From the NCBI GenBank assembly GCA_965261345.1, contig OZ253449.1:2208001-2272000 (forward strand): a DNA stretch of 64,000 nt, given 5' to 3'. The notes beneath the pieces are model-generated. The model saw only the letters and a program-made list of their open reading frames with translations, searched no databases and was not told the origin of the DNA. This document shows, one piece after another, positions 18,114 through 28,363 of the stretch (position 1 is the first letter of the stretch; each line of letters opens with the position of its first letter). Position numbers and translations under genes: made by a program. The DNA is from Chloroflexota bacterium (lineage in GTDB: Bacteria; Chloroflexota; UBA11872; VXNJ01).

Positions 18114-18407
18114 TTAGTAGCTTTGCTGGTACCAGCGCCCGCTGACCAGGTCGCAGAACACGGTCAGCAACTGTCCGCTGGCTAGCAACAGCTGGAAATA
18201 ACGGCGGCGGATCGGCTCATCGCGCCACCATTCATCATCTAGTTCCCATACGTCCAGCAGCGCCCGCACCGGAATTTGCCGGCCAGGGTGTGGTGCAACC
18301 GCCAGCGGGAGGCCGCGATCATCACTGTGCACACCGGTGGCGCGCGGCAGGTTTACGGGGCGGTAAAACGGACCAGCGCCTGGCGCCGTTCCGGAATGCG
18401 TGACCAT
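18114..18407 (-). CDS. DUF6504/ImuB C-terminal-like small protein
   Basis: W.LDDEWW...IRRRYF..L.xGxxLTVF.D..SGxWY.Q pattern; lies between imuB and dnaE2. Confidence 0.8.
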   Translation of the reverse strand: MVTHSGTAPGAGPFYRPVNLPRATGVHSDDRGLPLAVAPHPGRQIPVRALLDVWELDDEWWRDEPIRRRYFQLLLASGQLLTVFCDLVSGRWYQQSY

Positions 18408-19552
18408 GGTTCTACTTCAATTACCCGCAGCAACGCCTCGCCGGCGAGGCGTTTACCCAGCCGGGCTACCGCGACCTGCAGGTCGGTTTTGCGCGATTGC
18501 GACCAGAGTTCGGCCTGGATGGTGGGCACCGTATCAAGCTGGCCCAGTTCGACCTGGAGGTTCTCGACCGGACCGGGCAGGCCCAGTGGCCCATCGCCCA
18601 GCCCCGCCAGTCCTGCCTGGATGGCTGAGTGGGCGGCGGCGGGGCTGGCGGCCAACTCCTTGAAAGTGTGCCTAAAAGACCAGGTCGGGTGATCGCTGAT
18701 CTGCCCGATCAGGACCGCTTGACCAGCTGCCCTTCCCTCCATTGCCGGGAGGCGGTATAGGCGCTGCAACAGGGCCAGCAGCCCACTGCTGAAGGCCTCT
18801 ACACTCACCGCTGGAAATGGAAACTCGAGCCGGTCGGCAGCCGTTGGCGTGGCCGGCAATGGCCTTAAAGGGGCGTGGTCGCGACCCTGGGCCAGCTCCC
18901 AGGCCCGGGCCCCGTCGGGACCGAAGCGCGCGCGCAGGGCCGCTTGCGGCTGGGCGGCCAGGTCGCCGATGCACTGTAGGCCGAAATCCTCAAGCAGTCG
19001 ACGCGTTGCCTCCGGCAACGGCAGCAGCGATAGCGGCAGATCAGCCAGGAAGGACCGCAAGGCCTCCGGACTGGTCGGAGCCGGCAGCATCTGATTGGCG
19101 CCCGACTGCTCGGCCGCACAATAGGCTGCGAATTTCCCCGTGCCCATCCCCAGCCGAACCTCCCAGTCGCCCGCGACGGCAGCGCGCAGGCGGCCGGTTA
19201 GGCCGCCAATGCCCCCGTAGAGCGCGGCCAGCCCACCTATATCGATGTAGGCATGACCCGGATCGGTGCTTTCAACCCCGGGAAAGCAGTTGGCCAGATG
19301 ACCGATTACGCGTTCCCAACAGAGGCGGTAATGGACCGGGTCGGCGGCAATGAGGGCCACATCCGGGTAACTGGCCAGAATCTGGCTGAGCGGGGTTCCC
19401 GGCCGGGCGCCGATTGTCGGACTTGCCTCGCGTAGCCGCGGGCGCGAGGCGATGCCGTCGTAGATTACCAGCGGGCGTCCGGCCAGCTCGCGATGGCGTG
19501 CTGATTCGGCCTGCAGGGCCAGCCGGGGAATGATCAAACAAGCTACATACAT
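18353..19552 (-). CDS. imuB: ImuB-like inactive Y-family polymerase
   Basis: MYVACL..P, GxPLxQ, VE..xPGxAYID and GKFAAxxAA motifs; the catalytic acidic residues are degenerate; co-oriented with dnaE2. Confidence 0.85.
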   Translation of the reverse strand: MYVACLIIPRLALQAESARHRELAGRPLVIYDGIASRPRLREASPTIGARPGTPLSQILASYPDVALIAADPVHYRLCWERVIGHLANCFPGVESTDPGHAYIDIGGLAALYGGIGGLTGRLRAAVAGDWEVRLGMGTGKFAAYCAAEQSGANQMLPAPTSPEALRSFLADLPLSLLPLPEATRRLLEDFGLQCIGDLAAQPQAALRARFGPDGARAWELAQGRDHAPLRPLPATPTAADRLEFPFPAVSVEAFSSGLLALLQRLYRLPAMEGRAAGQAVLIGQISDHPTWSFRHTFKELAASPAAAHSAIQAGLAGLGDGPLGLPGPVENLQVELGQLDTVPTIQAELWSQSRKTDLQVAVARLGKRLAGEALLRVIEVEPWSRIPERRQALVRFTAP

Positions 19553-19837
19553 AGTCCATGATGATATCAAAACAAGATATGAAAGATGCATACGTTTAGC
19601 TAACGCAATAATGCAATTACCGCCCACGTCCGGGTAGCCCGATGCCCGGATCCGATTTGCCAATAGCCGGCTCTCCCCTGCCGGTCCGGTCCGCCAGCGG
19701 CGGCTTTTTTAAAAAATCCCTTGTAAGGTCGGGTAATTTGGAGCGCAAATTGATAATTTGGAGGCTGAGCGTTTCAAACTGTCCGTTTTGTGCTGGAATG
19801 CCCTGGCCTAAAGCACCGATTCGTCCTGGGAGCTGCC

Positions 19838-20878
19838 GTGCCGTTGACTGACGACTTTCAAATTCCGGTATCAGATGCGCCGTTTTGCGCCGAGACCGAC
19901 CTGTCTGCCCAGCAGGACTGGCGGACCCCCATCGATCGTTTCTTCGTGCGCAGCCACTTTGCCGAGCCGACGCTTGGCACCGACCATCAGATTTCCATCC
20001 GGGGCGCGGTTGCCCGACCCTACTCGCTCGGCAGCGATCAGCTGCTGGAAATGGAATCGGTGACCCATACGGTCACCATCGAGTGCGCCGGCAACAGCCG
20101 ATCGTATCTCTCACCGCCGGCGGCGGGCCTGCAGTTCCAGCATGGTGCGGCCGGCAACGCCAGCTGGGAAGGGGTGCCGCTGGCCGTGCTGCTGGAGTCG
20201 GCCGAGATCCTGCCCGGAGCGCTGGAGGTCCTGTTCCGCGGGGCCGATGCCGGTATGGAGGGCGGCGAGCACATGAGCTTTGAGCGCTCGCTGCCACTTG
20301 ACCGGGCGCTTTCACCCGATACGATCGTTGCGCATTCGATGAATGGTCGCCTGCTTACCCGGTCCCATGGGTTCCCGGCCCGCCTGATCGTGCCCGGCTG
20401 GTACGGGATGGCCTCGGTCAAATGGCTAACCGATATCGAGGTGATCGATTACCATTTTGACGGCCACTTCCAGTCCGATGCCTACACCTTTATTAATCCC
20501 GGCGCCGGCTCGGGCCCCAATCCCCCGGTTACGACCATGGCGATCAAGTCGGTCATCACCCGGCCGAACCAGGGCGCCAGGTTGCGGGGTCCGGTTACGA
20601 TTTCCGGTTTTGCCTGGTCGGGCAATGGCTTGGTAGACCTGGTCGAGGTGAGCCCCGACCAGGGCGAAAGCTGGATTGCCGCCGATTTGGCGCCGACCGA
20701 TTCCCCGCGTGCCTGGCGCGGGTGGAGCCTGGACTGGCATCCGCCGGGCAGCGGACACTATGTTCTTTCCGCCCGGGCCCGCGATGCGGCCGGCAACATG
20801 CAACCGCGACGAGCCAGCTGGAATTACCGCGGCTACGTAAATAACGCGATGCAGGCCATCTCGGTCATTGTTGAATAG
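19838..20878 (+). CDS. Sulfite oxidase family molybdopterin oxidoreductase
   Basis: FFVRSH, ECAGN (Mo-Cys), HGFPARLIVPGWYG..SVKWL and a C-terminal dimerisation domain. Confidence 0.92.
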   Translation: MPLTDDFQIPVSDAPFCAETDLSAQQDWRTPIDRFFVRSHFAEPTLGTDHQISIRGAVARPYSLGSDQLLEMESVTHTVTIECAGNSRSYLSPPAAGLQFQHGAAGNASWEGVPLAVLLESAEILPGALEVLFRGADAGMEGGEHMSFERSLPLDRALSPDTIVAHSMNGRLLTRSHGFPARLIVPGWYGMASVKWLTDIEVIDYHFDGHFQSDAYTFINPGAGSGPNPPVTTMAIKSVITRPNQGARLRGPVTISGFAWSGNGLVDLVEVSPDQGESWIAADLAPTDSPRAWRGWSLDWHPPGSGHYVLSARARDAAGNMQPRRASWNYRGYVNNAMQAISVIVE

Positions 20879-20939
20879 CCCGGGGCACCCACAAGGCCCT
20901 CGCCGATTGGCCGGGGTTCCGCCGGCGCCGGCGTCGGCT

Positions 20940-21013
20940 TGGCTGGGGTAGAAGGATTCGAACCTCCGCTACGTGGGCCAGAACCACGCGTCCTACCGCT
21001 AGACGATACCCCA
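20940..21013 (-). tRNA. tRNA-Gln(CTG)
   Basis: Minus strand TGGGGTATCGTCTAGCGGTAGGACGCGTGGTTCTGGCCCACGTAGCGGAGGTTCGAATCCTTCTACCCCAGCCA forms a cloverleaf with anticodon CTG and encoded CCA. Confidence 0.97.
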
Positions 21014-21093
21014 ATTGGCGCCGGGTTGAATCAGCGTTGAAAATGTTAGCAAGCAACCTACCGCCAATCAGCCCCACCGACAGGCCCGCCTAA

Positions 21094-23529
21094 GTGATCC
21101 GAACGAGTCCGATTTACCACGCCGGGCGGCCCGCAGCGGGCCGATTGCTGCTGTTTGCCCTAGCGCTCTTTTCAGCGCTGGCGCTGGCGGGCGGGGCCGC
21201 CGCGGTCGCGGTGCGGGCGCTGGGTGAAGAAAACGAGGGGATTTGCAATTACTCGGCGCCGATGCGCAATGCCCTGCTTGCGCACGAGGAAAAGGAATTC
21301 TTCCTGTGTGATTCGTCTCCGTTTACCGATGATGATCAGGACTTTATCTGGGCCGGCGATCTGGACCTGGCAAGCCATGTGGGCTCGTACTTTACCCCCG
21401 GCCAGGGCGAGCTGGACGGCTATGCTGCAGGGTCACGCGTGGATTTGATCAGGCCCGGCTTTGCGGTAGACGACATAAATGCCGACGCGGCGCTGGAGTC
21501 GTACCGGAACAACGAGGATTACCGTGAGTTCGGCATCGATTCCCAAGGGTCGGAGGCCGATCGGCAAAACTCCGACGGAGTGCTGGGTCTAACCTTCCTG
21601 CTGGACGGTTCACCGCCGGCCCGCAGCGGATTGACCAGCGACAGGTTCTTCGGCACCGAGGGCGAACTGGTGTGGATTACCTTCCAGATGGGGGATCCGC
21701 CGGATGGATTCTCCAACTGGAAGGATTCTGATCTCGATGGCGATGGTTTTTATCTAACGCTTGAGCTGGAAATTGAAACGTCCGGCGATTCGCGCTCGGT
21801 TTTCTTCCTGGTCAATTCGGATGATCCGCCCGATACCCTCTATGCAATCCCATTCTTAATTCCCGAAAACGATGAGATCGAATCGACCCAACGGGTTGAC
21901 GTGAACCTGACCCCAGTCGGCGTATACGACACCCGCGTGGACGCCGCCGACCTGGCGCCGACCGACTACATCGACGATGAGGAAGATCGATTCGAAGAGA
22001 TCGAGCGGGCGCTCGCGCGCGGCGATCGGGCAACCCTTGAGGTGAGCGACGACGACCTGCCGGCCAATCGGGTTTGTGACCGCAGCCGGGTGGTAACCGA
22101 GGCGCTGGAGGCGGCCACCGGTGATGATTGCGATGAAATCAGCGTCGCCGACCTGGCCGGCATCGCCGACCTTGATCTTTCGGAGCTGGGAATCGAGACA
22201 CTGGCCGCCGATGATTTCGCCGGCCTCGCAAAGTTGCGGAGATTGGACTTGGCTGGAAATGACATCTCCAGCCTGCCGGCCGGCGTTTTTTCCGGGGTCG
22301 GCTCCGAACTGACCGCGCCGACGGTGGCAGTGATTGACATAAGTGACAATGCCGGTCCCGCCGATCGCGGATTTTCACTGGCCAACGTGTCAAGCCGATT
22401 TCGCGCGAGCATGAAAGCGCGCCAGGCCGTCCGGCTCAATTCGTTCGTTAACATAAGCGACCCCAGCTACGGTTTCGAAGATTCCTCGTATTCGGTTCGC
22501 GAGGGGCAAAACCTGGTTGTCGGGCTCTCGGCCTTCCGCGATAGCACTATCACGTTCCGGGCGTTTGCGCGCGACAGCGGGCGCTATTCCGACACCGATT
22601 GCCAAGCCCCCTGTGAGGCCCCCGGGGCAGCGGTGATCGATGAGGACGGAGAGTATCTGCTCGGGTTTTCGGTACCGATCGACGAAGACGAGAACGACGA
22701 TACCTTCACCATGCTTTACGGAGCGGGCATTGATCCCGACTCACTGGACTCGATCGCCGGCCTGGCAAAGCTCACCGTGACCGAAGCGGCGGTTGTGCTA
22801 CCCAGCGAATTTGATTCGATCGTGGTATTGGCGGGCACCGAACTGATTACGGCCCCGAACAATCCCGACTTAGACCACAACCTCTCTGATCTATCAGTTA
22901 CCCGCGGCCGGCTGCGCCTGAACGCTCCTTTCCGGCAGTTCTACTACGACACCGGCGGCCTTACACGCTGGGGCTACCCGACCTCGGAAGTCCTTATGCT
23001 TGAACCTGGCACGCTTTCGCAGTTCTTCCAGCGCGGTGTGGTCGACTTTCACGATGTCGGCTTCGGCTGGATCCTGGAACGGCGATTGACCTGGGACTAC
23101 GTAGGTGGTGGAGCCGGCGGAAGCTTTGACCAGGGGGTCGAACCGGCGCCGGTTCAACCGGGCGGCGGACCGGTGGTCGGATTCGGTCACGCAGTGACCA
23201 ACCAGACCGCCAGCGGGGGTCGCACCGGATTCCTCGACACCTACAACGAACTCGGCGGAGTGGACAGTTTCGGCTATGCCAAGACGGCTGCGCGGGTGGA
23301 CACCAACCTGCCGGGGACGCTATTCGAACCCGGTACAACCCCAGGATTTATTCGACAGTACTTCCAGGCGGCAATCTTCCAGCGCTCTGCGGCGGGCACC
23401 GTCGAAATTACCCTGCTGGGCGATACGCTGCGCAATCAGTTGGTGCCGCAGCACTCCAGCATCCCCGCCTTCAGGCGCGCCAACCGGCTGCTGGAAGGTC
23501 AGGTCCTGAATCTGCAGCTGATCAATTGA
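21094..23529 (+). CDS. Secreted acidic protein with leucine-rich repeats and C-terminal GGxxxxGY repeat domain
   Basis: Signal/TM segment, D/E-rich body, VCDRS..C cap followed by LDLSxLGIxTLxxxxFxGLxxLRRLDLxGNxIxxLPxGVF, and two F..xY...GG...GY(P/A) repeats at the C-terminus. Confidence 0.8.
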   Translation: MIRTSPIYHAGRPAAGRLLLFALALFSALALAGGAAAVAVRALGEENEGICNYSAPMRNALLAHEEKEFFLCDSSPFTDDDQDFIWAGDLDLASHVGSYFTPGQGELDGYAAGSRVDLIRPGFAVDDINADAALESYRNNEDYREFGIDSQGSEADRQNSDGVLGLTFLLDGSPPARSGLTSDRFFGTEGELVWITFQMGDPPDGFSNWKDSDLDGDGFYLTLELEIETSGDSRSVFFLVNSDDPPDTLYAIPFLIPENDEIESTQRVDVNLTPVGVYDTRVDAADLAPTDYIDDEEDRFEEIERALARGDRATLEVSDDDLPANRVCDRSRVVTEALEAATGDDCDEISVADLAGIADLDLSELGIETLAADDFAGLAKLRRLDLAGNDISSLPAGVFSGVGSELTAPTVAVIDISDNAGPADRGFSLANVSSRFRASMKARQAVRLNSFVNISDPSYGFEDSSYSVREGQNLVVGLSAFRDSTITFRAFARDSGRYSDTDCQAPCEAPGAAVIDEDGEYLLGFSVPIDEDENDDTFTMLYGAGIDPDSLDSIAGLAKLTVTEAAVVLPSEFDSIVVLAGTELITAPNNPDLDHNLSDLSVTRGRLRLNAPFRQFYYDTGGLTRWGYPTSEVLMLEPGTLSQFFQRGVVDFHDVGFGWILERRLTWDYVGGGAGGSFDQGVEPAPVQPGGGPVVGFGHAVTNQTASGGRTGFLDTYNELGGVDSFGYAKTAARVDTNLPGTLFEPGTTPGFIRQYFQAAIFQRSAAGTVEITLLGDTLRNQLVPQHSSIPAFRRANRLLEGQVLNLQLIN

Positions 23530-23605
23530 CCGGGCCGGTTAGCGCCGGCCAGGCAGCGCCCGCCGCAGTCTGGCTGGCAATTGGTCGCGTCGCGTTGACG
23601 GGAGG

Positions 23606-24172
23606 GTGCGAGTCGTGCAATTAGGCTGGCGGACGGTGGCTTCGCGATTGGCCTGGAGCGGCCGCTTTCCGGTGTTTGAGGATGAGATCGAAGCCGAATT
23701 CGACGGACGCCGCCACACCTACACCTACCTTGCCTCGCGGGCCCGGGCGGTTTCCATCCTGGCCCAGGGCGTGGACGGTCGGATATTAACGGTGCGCGAA
23801 TACCGTCACCCGCTCGGACAGGTCGTGCGCGACCTGCCGATGGGGTCGCTGCGCAAGGATGAGGACCCGTTGGCGGGGGCGGCCCGCGAACTGCGTGAAG
23901 AAACCGGGTACCGCGCCGGTAAGCTCGCATGGTTTGGCGCGGTGCATCCGATTCCGGCGCTCACCCGCCTTCGTTTGGAGTATTTTTTCGCCCAAAACCT
24001 CGAATTCGTCGGCGCCCAGCGCGATGAATCAGAAATCATGGAAACCGATTGGCTAGAACTGGGGCAAGTGGTCGCTGGAATCGAGGCCGGCAACCTGCAG
24101 GCCGGTTCGATCCAGTTGGGGGTCCTAATGGCCGCCCAGCGCGGTTTGATCTGCCTGCCCGCGCCGGCATGA
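23606..24172 (+). CDS. NUDIX hydrolase (ADP-ribose pyrophosphatase-like)
   Basis: Nudix box G-SLRKD-E-DPLAGAA-RELREETGY, preceded by VREYRHP. Confidence 0.9.
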   Translation: MRVVQLGWRTVASRLAWSGRFPVFEDEIEAEFDGRRHTYTYLASRARAVSILAQGVDGRILTVREYRHPLGQVVRDLPMGSLRKDEDPLAGAARELREETGYRAGKLAWFGAVHPIPALTRLRLEYFFAQNLEFVGAQRDESEIMETDWLELGQVVAGIEAGNLQAGSIQLGVLMAAQRGLICLPAPA

Positions 24173-25695
24173 AGCCCGAAACGCCTACCCGGCCGCGCTA
24201 TCGGATCGCCCCCAGCCCCACCGGCTCGATCCACATCGGCACCGCCCGGACGGCGCTTTACAACTACCTGCTAGCCCGTCAAAGCGGTGGAGATTTCGTG
24301 TTACGGGTCGAGGACACCGCCCGCGATCGAAACCGGCCTGAATGGGAAGCGGCGATATATTCGGGGCTTGCCTGGTTGGGCCTGGATTGGGATGAGGGTC
24401 CCGATATCGGCGGGCCCTATGGGCCCTACCGCCAGAGCGAACGCTTAGAACAACATCGCGTCTGGCTTGATCGCCTCATTTGCAGCGGCCGGGTCTATCG
24501 CTGTTTTTGCAGCCCGGAAGAGCTGGCTCAGGAACGCTGGGACGCCCAGCGGGCCAAACTACCGCCGCGCTATTCCGGGCGCTGCCGGCGGCTGTCGGAT
24601 GCTCAGGTTTCCGCCCGCCTGGCGGGCGGTGAACCTGCCACCTACCGCTTTGCGGTCCCGCAAAAAAGCGTTGGCTACCCGGATTTGATAATGGGTAACC
24701 TGGAGGAAGACGCGGCCCTGTGGGGTGATTTCATCGTGGCCCGTTCCGACCACTCACCGGTCTACAACTTCGCCGTGGTGGCCGACGACTGCGACATGGC
24801 CATTACCTGCGTTCTGCGGGGGGCCGACCACATCTCCAACACGTTCAAGCAACTGGTGCTCTATGAGGCGCTCGGGGTTGAGGCTCCGCAGTTTGGGCAC
24901 ATCCCCTTGGCGCTTAATGCAAAACGGCAAAAGCTCTCCAAACGGGACGGATCGGTCTCGATTGCCGAATACCGCGATCTGGGCTATCTCCCCGAGGCGG
25001 CAAACAATTTCATGGCCCTCCTGGGGTGGAACCCCGGCGATGAACGTGAGTTTTTCACCCTTGACCAACTGGTGTCCGAGTTCTCCGTGGCGCGCATCAA
25101 TCGCTCCAACGGGGTCTTCGACAACGATCGCCTGGACTGGTTCAACGGTCAATATCTGCGCCAGTTGAAGCTCCCGCAACTGGCCGAACGGGCCTGGACC
25201 TGGCTGCAGGCGAGTGGCTACTTTGACGGTGCGGGTTCCCCGCGGAAATCGATCGGCGATGGAACCCTCGACTTCCAGCCGGTGGACCGCCCCGAGCGCG
25301 AGTACTTTTCCTCCGCCCTGGGCCTGGAACAGGAGCGGATCAAGAAACTGGCCGATCTGCCGGCGGTCATTTCGTTCTTTTTCGTCGATCGCGTCGATCC
25401 CGAGTTAAAGGATCTGGTGGCCCGCCGGCAGAGCCCCCAGGACACCGCGGCCGCGCTTACCCGGGTGGCCGATTGGACCCGCGGGCGCGATCTTTCCGAT
25501 CTGGCCGCCACCGAAGATTTCCTCCGCAGCCTGGCCGCAAGTCTGGGTTGGAAGGCCGGAGTATTGTTCATGCCAATCCGGATCGCGCTGACCGGTTCGA
25601 AGGCGACTCCGCCGCTATTTGAAACGATGGCCGTCCTGGGCGCCGGTCGGGTCCAGGACCGGCTCCGCCGGGCCGTTGCGGGCCTTGATGGCTAG
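24169..25695 (+). CDS. gltX: Glutamate--tRNA ligase
   Basis: RIAPSPTG.IHIG, LRVEDT, PYRQSER, RGADHISN and KLSKR motifs; ATGA overlap with the NUDIX gene. Confidence 0.96.
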   Translation: MKPETPTRPRYRIAPSPTGSIHIGTARTALYNYLLARQSGGDFVLRVEDTARDRNRPEWEAAIYSGLAWLGLDWDEGPDIGGPYGPYRQSERLEQHRVWLDRLICSGRVYRCFCSPEELAQERWDAQRAKLPPRYSGRCRRLSDAQVSARLAGGEPATYRFAVPQKSVGYPDLIMGNLEEDAALWGDFIVARSDHSPVYNFAVVADDCDMAITCVLRGADHISNTFKQLVLYEALGVEAPQFGHIPLALNAKRQKLSKRDGSVSIAEYRDLGYLPEAANNFMALLGWNPGDEREFFTLDQLVSEFSVARINRSNGVFDNDRLDWFNGQYLRQLKLPQLAERAWTWLQASGYFDGAGSPRKSIGDGTLDFQPVDRPEREYFSSALGLEQERIKKLADLPAVISFFFVDRVDPELKDLVARRQSPQDTAAALTRVADWTRGRDLSDLAATEDFLRSLAASLGWKAGVLFMPIRIALTGSKATPPLFETMAVLGAGRVQDRLRRAVAGLDG

Positions 25696-26083
25696 TCCGG
25701 GCAGTAGTCCGCCAGGGGGCGCCGAGATGGGCTGCAATATCGGCCCTGCGCACCGCCGCCGCAGATTGATCAGCGGGTTCATCATGATCCAATTGACGAT
25801 CATCGGGTTTGCCATCCTGCTGGCCGTCGGGGCCGAACCTTGGCAGCGGGCACTTGTAGGGATTCCGCTCTGGGCTGGCTTGGTATGGATTGGACAGTTC
25901 CAGCAGCGAATCTGCATCTATTTCGTTTTTGCCGGAATATCCGACCCCGCGCTTGGGATATCGGCAGAGCAGCTTCAATCCGCGGCCTACCGGCGTGCCG
26001 TGCGCGCCCGCACGCGAACGCTGGTTGGGGTCAGCTTTCTGATCGCCTTGGCGGTTGCGGCCCTTTCGCTGCTAGTTCCCTAG
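25688..26083 (+). CDS. Hypothetical membrane protein
   Basis: CNIGxxxRRRR motif and three TM segments; overlaps the gltX stop. Confidence 0.65.
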   Translation: MASPGSSPPGGAEMGCNIGPAHRRRRLISGFIMIQLTIIGFAILLAVGAEPWQRALVGIPLWAGLVWIGQFQQRICIYFVFAGISDPALGISAEQLQSAAYRRAVRARTRTLVGVSFLIALAVAALSLLVP

Positions 26084-26847
26084 GGATCTAGCAGCCACAG
26101 TTTCGCCCGACCGATCGGGTCGCTCGGGACTCGAAGATGACTGGGGTGCGTAATGGTTCCCGCCACCGCCCCAGCTTGGCCACTCCAACCATTCCACCAA
26201 CCCGGGGCCTTCGCCCATCGCTCCCCTCGGCACCAGGGAGGGATCGAACTCATCCTCGATAACCGGTTCGATTGGAGCATTAAACGAGGGATGCTCGGCA
26301 AAGTCGGGTATTTAAAGTGACCACATAGGGTTTCGCCCAAGAGGGTCAGCGGCAGGCGCAGCGGTCGCTTTGGGAGGTCGCTGGGGATTGAAAGATTGCG
26401 CCGGTTCAGCGCTTGGATTGACCACGGCGGCCATCTGGGTCGAGTCGGCGGTGGGGTTCGAGTTATCGACTACAGACTGCCCGGTCGCAAATTCAACGTC
26501 GATTAGGGATCGGTGCAACTGGCCCACAGTACGGATCGGGCAATCGCTGCGGCCGGCAGTGCCAGGGCGCCTCCGTCGGGGGCCGAAATTGTGCGTTTGA
26601 TGGGCACTTGCAACATTTGCGGCATATTTTGCGCAGTTGGCTGCGGCCTGAACGGTAGCCGATGCGGTTTACCCTCGGGCGCGGTGCAATTGAACTCAGT
26701 TTTTTGGAAGATCGGTCCGAATAACTTGTACCGGGCGGCATGGTGCGAATAATTTTTGACCAGTGGCGCTGGGACCCCAACTGTCGGGTTGATCGCCACC
26801 GGAATCGGGACGGCTCGGTACGAACGCTTGAGCGGGTGGCCGGACTG

Positions 26848-28194
26848 CTACCAGCCCGGGAGGTAATCGGCCTCGGCGTTGAACAGCTCATCGGTCATCT
26901 TGGCGATCTCGTCGGTACTGCAGACCGCGGCGGTCAGCGGATCGAGCATGAGCGCCTGTTTGGCCAGATCGCGGTCACGGCGCAGTCCGGCCAGGGTCCC
27001 CAGTTCGACAATGCTCATGTTGCTGCGGCAGACCGCCGCCATCTGCGGCGGCAGGGCCCCGTAGGCGGTGGGGGTAACCGATTGGGCGTGGGCCAAACAG
27101 GCCAATTCGACGATCCCGTCGGATGGCAGATTTGAAATCAAGGCGCCGGCGCCGGACCAGTTGTTGGGCACGTTGCCGTGGAAGACGAACGGCTCGTTCT
27201 TGGCCGATGCCTCAATGATCCAGGAGGCATATTCGAAGCTGCGGCGGGTCTCGATCGGCGCGCGGCCGTCGGCCATTGCCCGGCGCGAAGCTTCATCGGC
27301 GGCCCGCCGACTTGGCCAATTGGTCAAGAGGAACCCGGTCTGTCCGTGGTAGCCGCCTCGCATGAAGCGCTCCCTGGTCGTTGCCCGTTTCCGATACCAG
27401 GGCAGGTATTCGGAAAGGTGCCCGGAGCTCTCGGTGATGAAGGCGCCGAAATGGAGCATCATGTCCTTGCGCACCAGATCGAGCGAATCATCGCCCGGTT
27501 CGGCCCGCTCCAGATCGCGGCGCGCCTGGGCCTTTAGCAGCGGATACAGATCGCGCTCCCCGTGTTGGAGCCTTGTAAACCAGGCCAAGTGGTTGATCCC
27601 GGCACATTCCCAGGTCATCTGGTCGTATTCGATCCCGGCCTGCTGAGCCAGCAGCCGGCTGGTGCCCTGGACCGAATGGCAGAGGCCGACGACCCGCATG
27701 TCTGAGGCTTGAGCGGCCGCCTGGCAGAGCATTCCCATCGGGTTGGTGTAGTTGAGGACGATCGCCTCGGGGCAGAATCGCTCGCAGTCGGTAAGGATCT
27801 GCAGAAACGCCGGCAAGGTCCTAAATGTTTTGAAAAGACCGCCCGGTCCGATCGTGTCGCCGATGCACTGATCAACTCCGTAGCGAGCCGGAATCGCGTT
27901 TTCGAATTCGATTGTCTGCAGGCCGGAAACCTCTATCGTTACCACGATCCAATCGGCCCCGGCCAGCAAATTACACCGGTCGGTGTCGGCTTGCAGGTCC
28001 CACTTGATACCAGCTCCGGCCTGGCCGATTAGGGCGCCGATCAACCGGCGCATCGTTGCCAGCCGATCGGGATCGACGTCCACCAAACGGATCTGGCCGC
28101 CGGCGTTGTCGGGGATGGCCAGGATGTCGGCAACTAGCTTGGGGGTGAAATGGCTACCGGCGCCGACGATAACTACGTTGATGGGGGTCGGCAT
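26848..28194 (-). CDS. Family 4 glycoside hydrolase (alpha-galactosidase MelA-like)
   Basis: VGAGS, YGVDQCIGDTIGPGG, NYTNP, GLCHSVQ, GINH and TESSGHLSEY motifs. The start is uncertain (up to 28275). Confidence 0.93.
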   Translation of the reverse strand: MPTPINVVIVGAGSHFTPKLVADILAIPDNAGGQIRLVDVDPDRLATMRRLIGALIGQAGAGIKWDLQADTDRCNLLAGADWIVVTIEVSGLQTIEFENAIPARYGVDQCIGDTIGPGGLFKTFRTLPAFLQILTDCERFCPEAIVLNYTNPMGMLCQAAAQASDMRVVGLCHSVQGTSRLLAQQAGIEYDQMTWECAGINHLAWFTRLQHGERDLYPLLKAQARRDLERAEPGDDSLDLVRKDMMLHFGAFITESSGHLSEYLPWYRKRATTRERFMRGGYHGQTGFLLTNWPSRRAADEASRRAMADGRAPIETRRSFEYASWIIEASAKNEPFVFHGNVPNNWSGAGALISNLPSDGIVELACLAHAQSVTPTAYGALPPQMAAVCRSNMSIVELGTLAGLRRDRDLAKQALMLDPLTAAVCSTDEIAKMTDELFNAEADYLPGW

Positions 28195-28363
28195 CGCTCC
28201 GGGAAGGCCGCGCTGGTTTTCCGAAACCATCGTTTCGGTCCCGATTGCCGGCACAGTTACGGTTGGGTCAGGCATTGCGGTCGTTATTCCTTAGCGTCGC
28301 CGGCGGAAGATCGGAGCGGTCGCTCGCGGCACCGATCGGATGTGTGCCTTCGCGGTTGGACAC

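Noticed and set aside
19553-19640. LexA box upstream of imuB
   Set aside because: The best candidate (AAAC-GTAT-GCAT on the minus strand) is too degenerate relative to GAAC-N4-GTTC.
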